From contig RDOB01000009.1 in NCBI GenBank assembly GCA_011364965.1, positions 1 through 62,967 of the forward strand: DNA of 62,967 bases. Reading direction: 5' to 3'. The notes below the pieces were generated by a model. It ran no database searches. It worked only from the letters and a program-made list of their open reading frames with translations, and was not told where the DNA came from. Source of the DNA: Candidatus Heimdallarchaeota archaeon. GTDB lineage: Archaea; Asgardarchaeota; Heimdallarchaeia; Hodarchaeales; Hodarchaeaceae. The stretch's first letter is position 1; each line of letters begins with the position of its first letter. Of this stretch, positions 62,006-62,967 are shown one piece after another. A program made the position numbers and the translations under genes.

Positions 62006-62967
62006 TCATGGAGTTATAGTAGTGCCAGCTTTTCCTTCAAGAGCGGCTGCAGCCATTTCGGGAGTGGTAATAATTACTTTTTTCCCACCATCCTTGATGA
62101 ATCGGATTGCAGCCTTCAATTTAGGACCCATTGACCCTTTAAGCTTATCCCCAAACGCTCCATCATCGAGATATTGTTCCACTTCTGATACAGACATTTT
62201 TTCAGCTCCCTTTTGCTCAAGAGTGTTGAAATTTAAATAAACCTTGTCTGTGTCAGTAAGAATAGCGAAAATTTCTGCTTTGGTATCAACAGCTAACCTT
62301 TCTCCCGCAAGATCTTTATCGATGACAGCTTCGACCCCTTTAACTGTTCCATCCGCGTTTTTAATTACAGGGATCCCTCCACCGCCACTTGCAACTACTA
62401 TAAAACCTGCATCTAATAAAGCATTTACCTGATCTTTTTCATATATTTCCAACGGATCTGGAGATGGAACAACCCGACGATATCCCCGTCCAGCATCTTC
62501 AATTATTGTGAAATCGGGATGATCTTTGCCAATTTGATTAGCTTGCTCTTTCGTATAGAAGGGACCCACTGGTTTCGTAGGATTTTTAAAGGCAGGATCA
62601 GCCTTTGAAACAATAACTTGAGTAACAATGGTGGCTACATTGATTTTTTTGGATGAATCCAATCTACTAGGAGGACCTTCGGTCAATAATAGGTTTCCAA
62701 GAATATTTTGAATCAAATAGCCAATCTGGCCTTGTGTCATTGCCCCGCAAACATCCATTGGTAATACTGGACGACTGTGAGGAGGGTGACTCCCTGCCTC
62801 CATTTGTAACATAATATTTCCCACTTGAGGGCCATTTCCATGAGTAATGACGACTCTATAATTTGGAATGACTTTCATGATCTGACGAGCTGTCTCATTG
62901 ACGTTTTCAATCTGTTCTTCAATAGTTCCCTTTTGTTTTCCTCGGATCATGGCGTTACCTCCCAAAG
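62006..62967 (-). CDS. arcC: Carbamate kinase; 5' end lies beyond the window
   Basis: LGGNA, THGNGPQVG, PTKPVG, RRVVPSP, EAVIDKD, GSMGPK motifs. Confidence 0.95.
   Translation of the reverse strand, partial: LGGNAMIRGKQKGTIEEQIENVNETARQIMKVIPNYRVVITHGNGPQVGNIMLQMEAGSHPPHSRPVLPMDVCGAMTQGQIGYLIQNILGNLLLTEGPPSRLDSSKKINVATIVTQVIVSKADPAFKNPTKPVGPFYTKEQANQIGKDHPDFTIIEDAGRGYRRVVPSPDPLEIYEKDQVNALLDAGFIVVASGGGGIPVIKNADGTVKGVEAVIDKDLAGERLAVDTKAEIFAILTDTDKVYLNFNTLEQKGAEKMSVSEVEQYLDDGAFGDKLKGSMGPKLKAAIRFIKDGGKKVIITTPEMAAAALEGKAGTTITP

Overview
Low-GC archaeal chromosomal DNA, most likely Asgard (Heimdallarchaeia/Hodarchaeales-like). This is inferred from four Ras/Rab-type small GTPase genes, secreted beta-propeller/FN3 proteins with (P/T)GF-TM-basic C-terminal anchors, and archaeal BRE/TATA promoters. 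About 55 CDS are present. I found no rRNA, tRNA, CRISPR array or transposase. Main observations: (1) three paralogous membrane-anchored winged-helix regulators each lie directly behind a gene for a different exported protein. The promoters of these units, and of a divergent kelch/FN3 pair, share a TGTWCA-N6-TGWACA operator at a fixed distance from the TATA box, suggesting a ToxRS-like envelope-sensing system. (2) A small-GTPase cluster contains an atypical 369-aa GTPase co-transcribed with a 1212-aa helical protein that may carry longin/uDENN-like domains, plus a pseudo-GTPase. (3) A ~190-nt GC-rich, multi-helix candidate ncRNA sits inside that cluster. (4) A chlI/chlD-type chelatase gene is split by a -1 frameshift at an A10 run. 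(5) There is a stand-alone TFE-beta/RPC34-type Fe-S mini-protein. (6) There is a candidate anaerobic nucleobase catabolism set: amidohydrolase, dihydropyrimidinase, atypical carbamoyltransferase and carbamate kinase.
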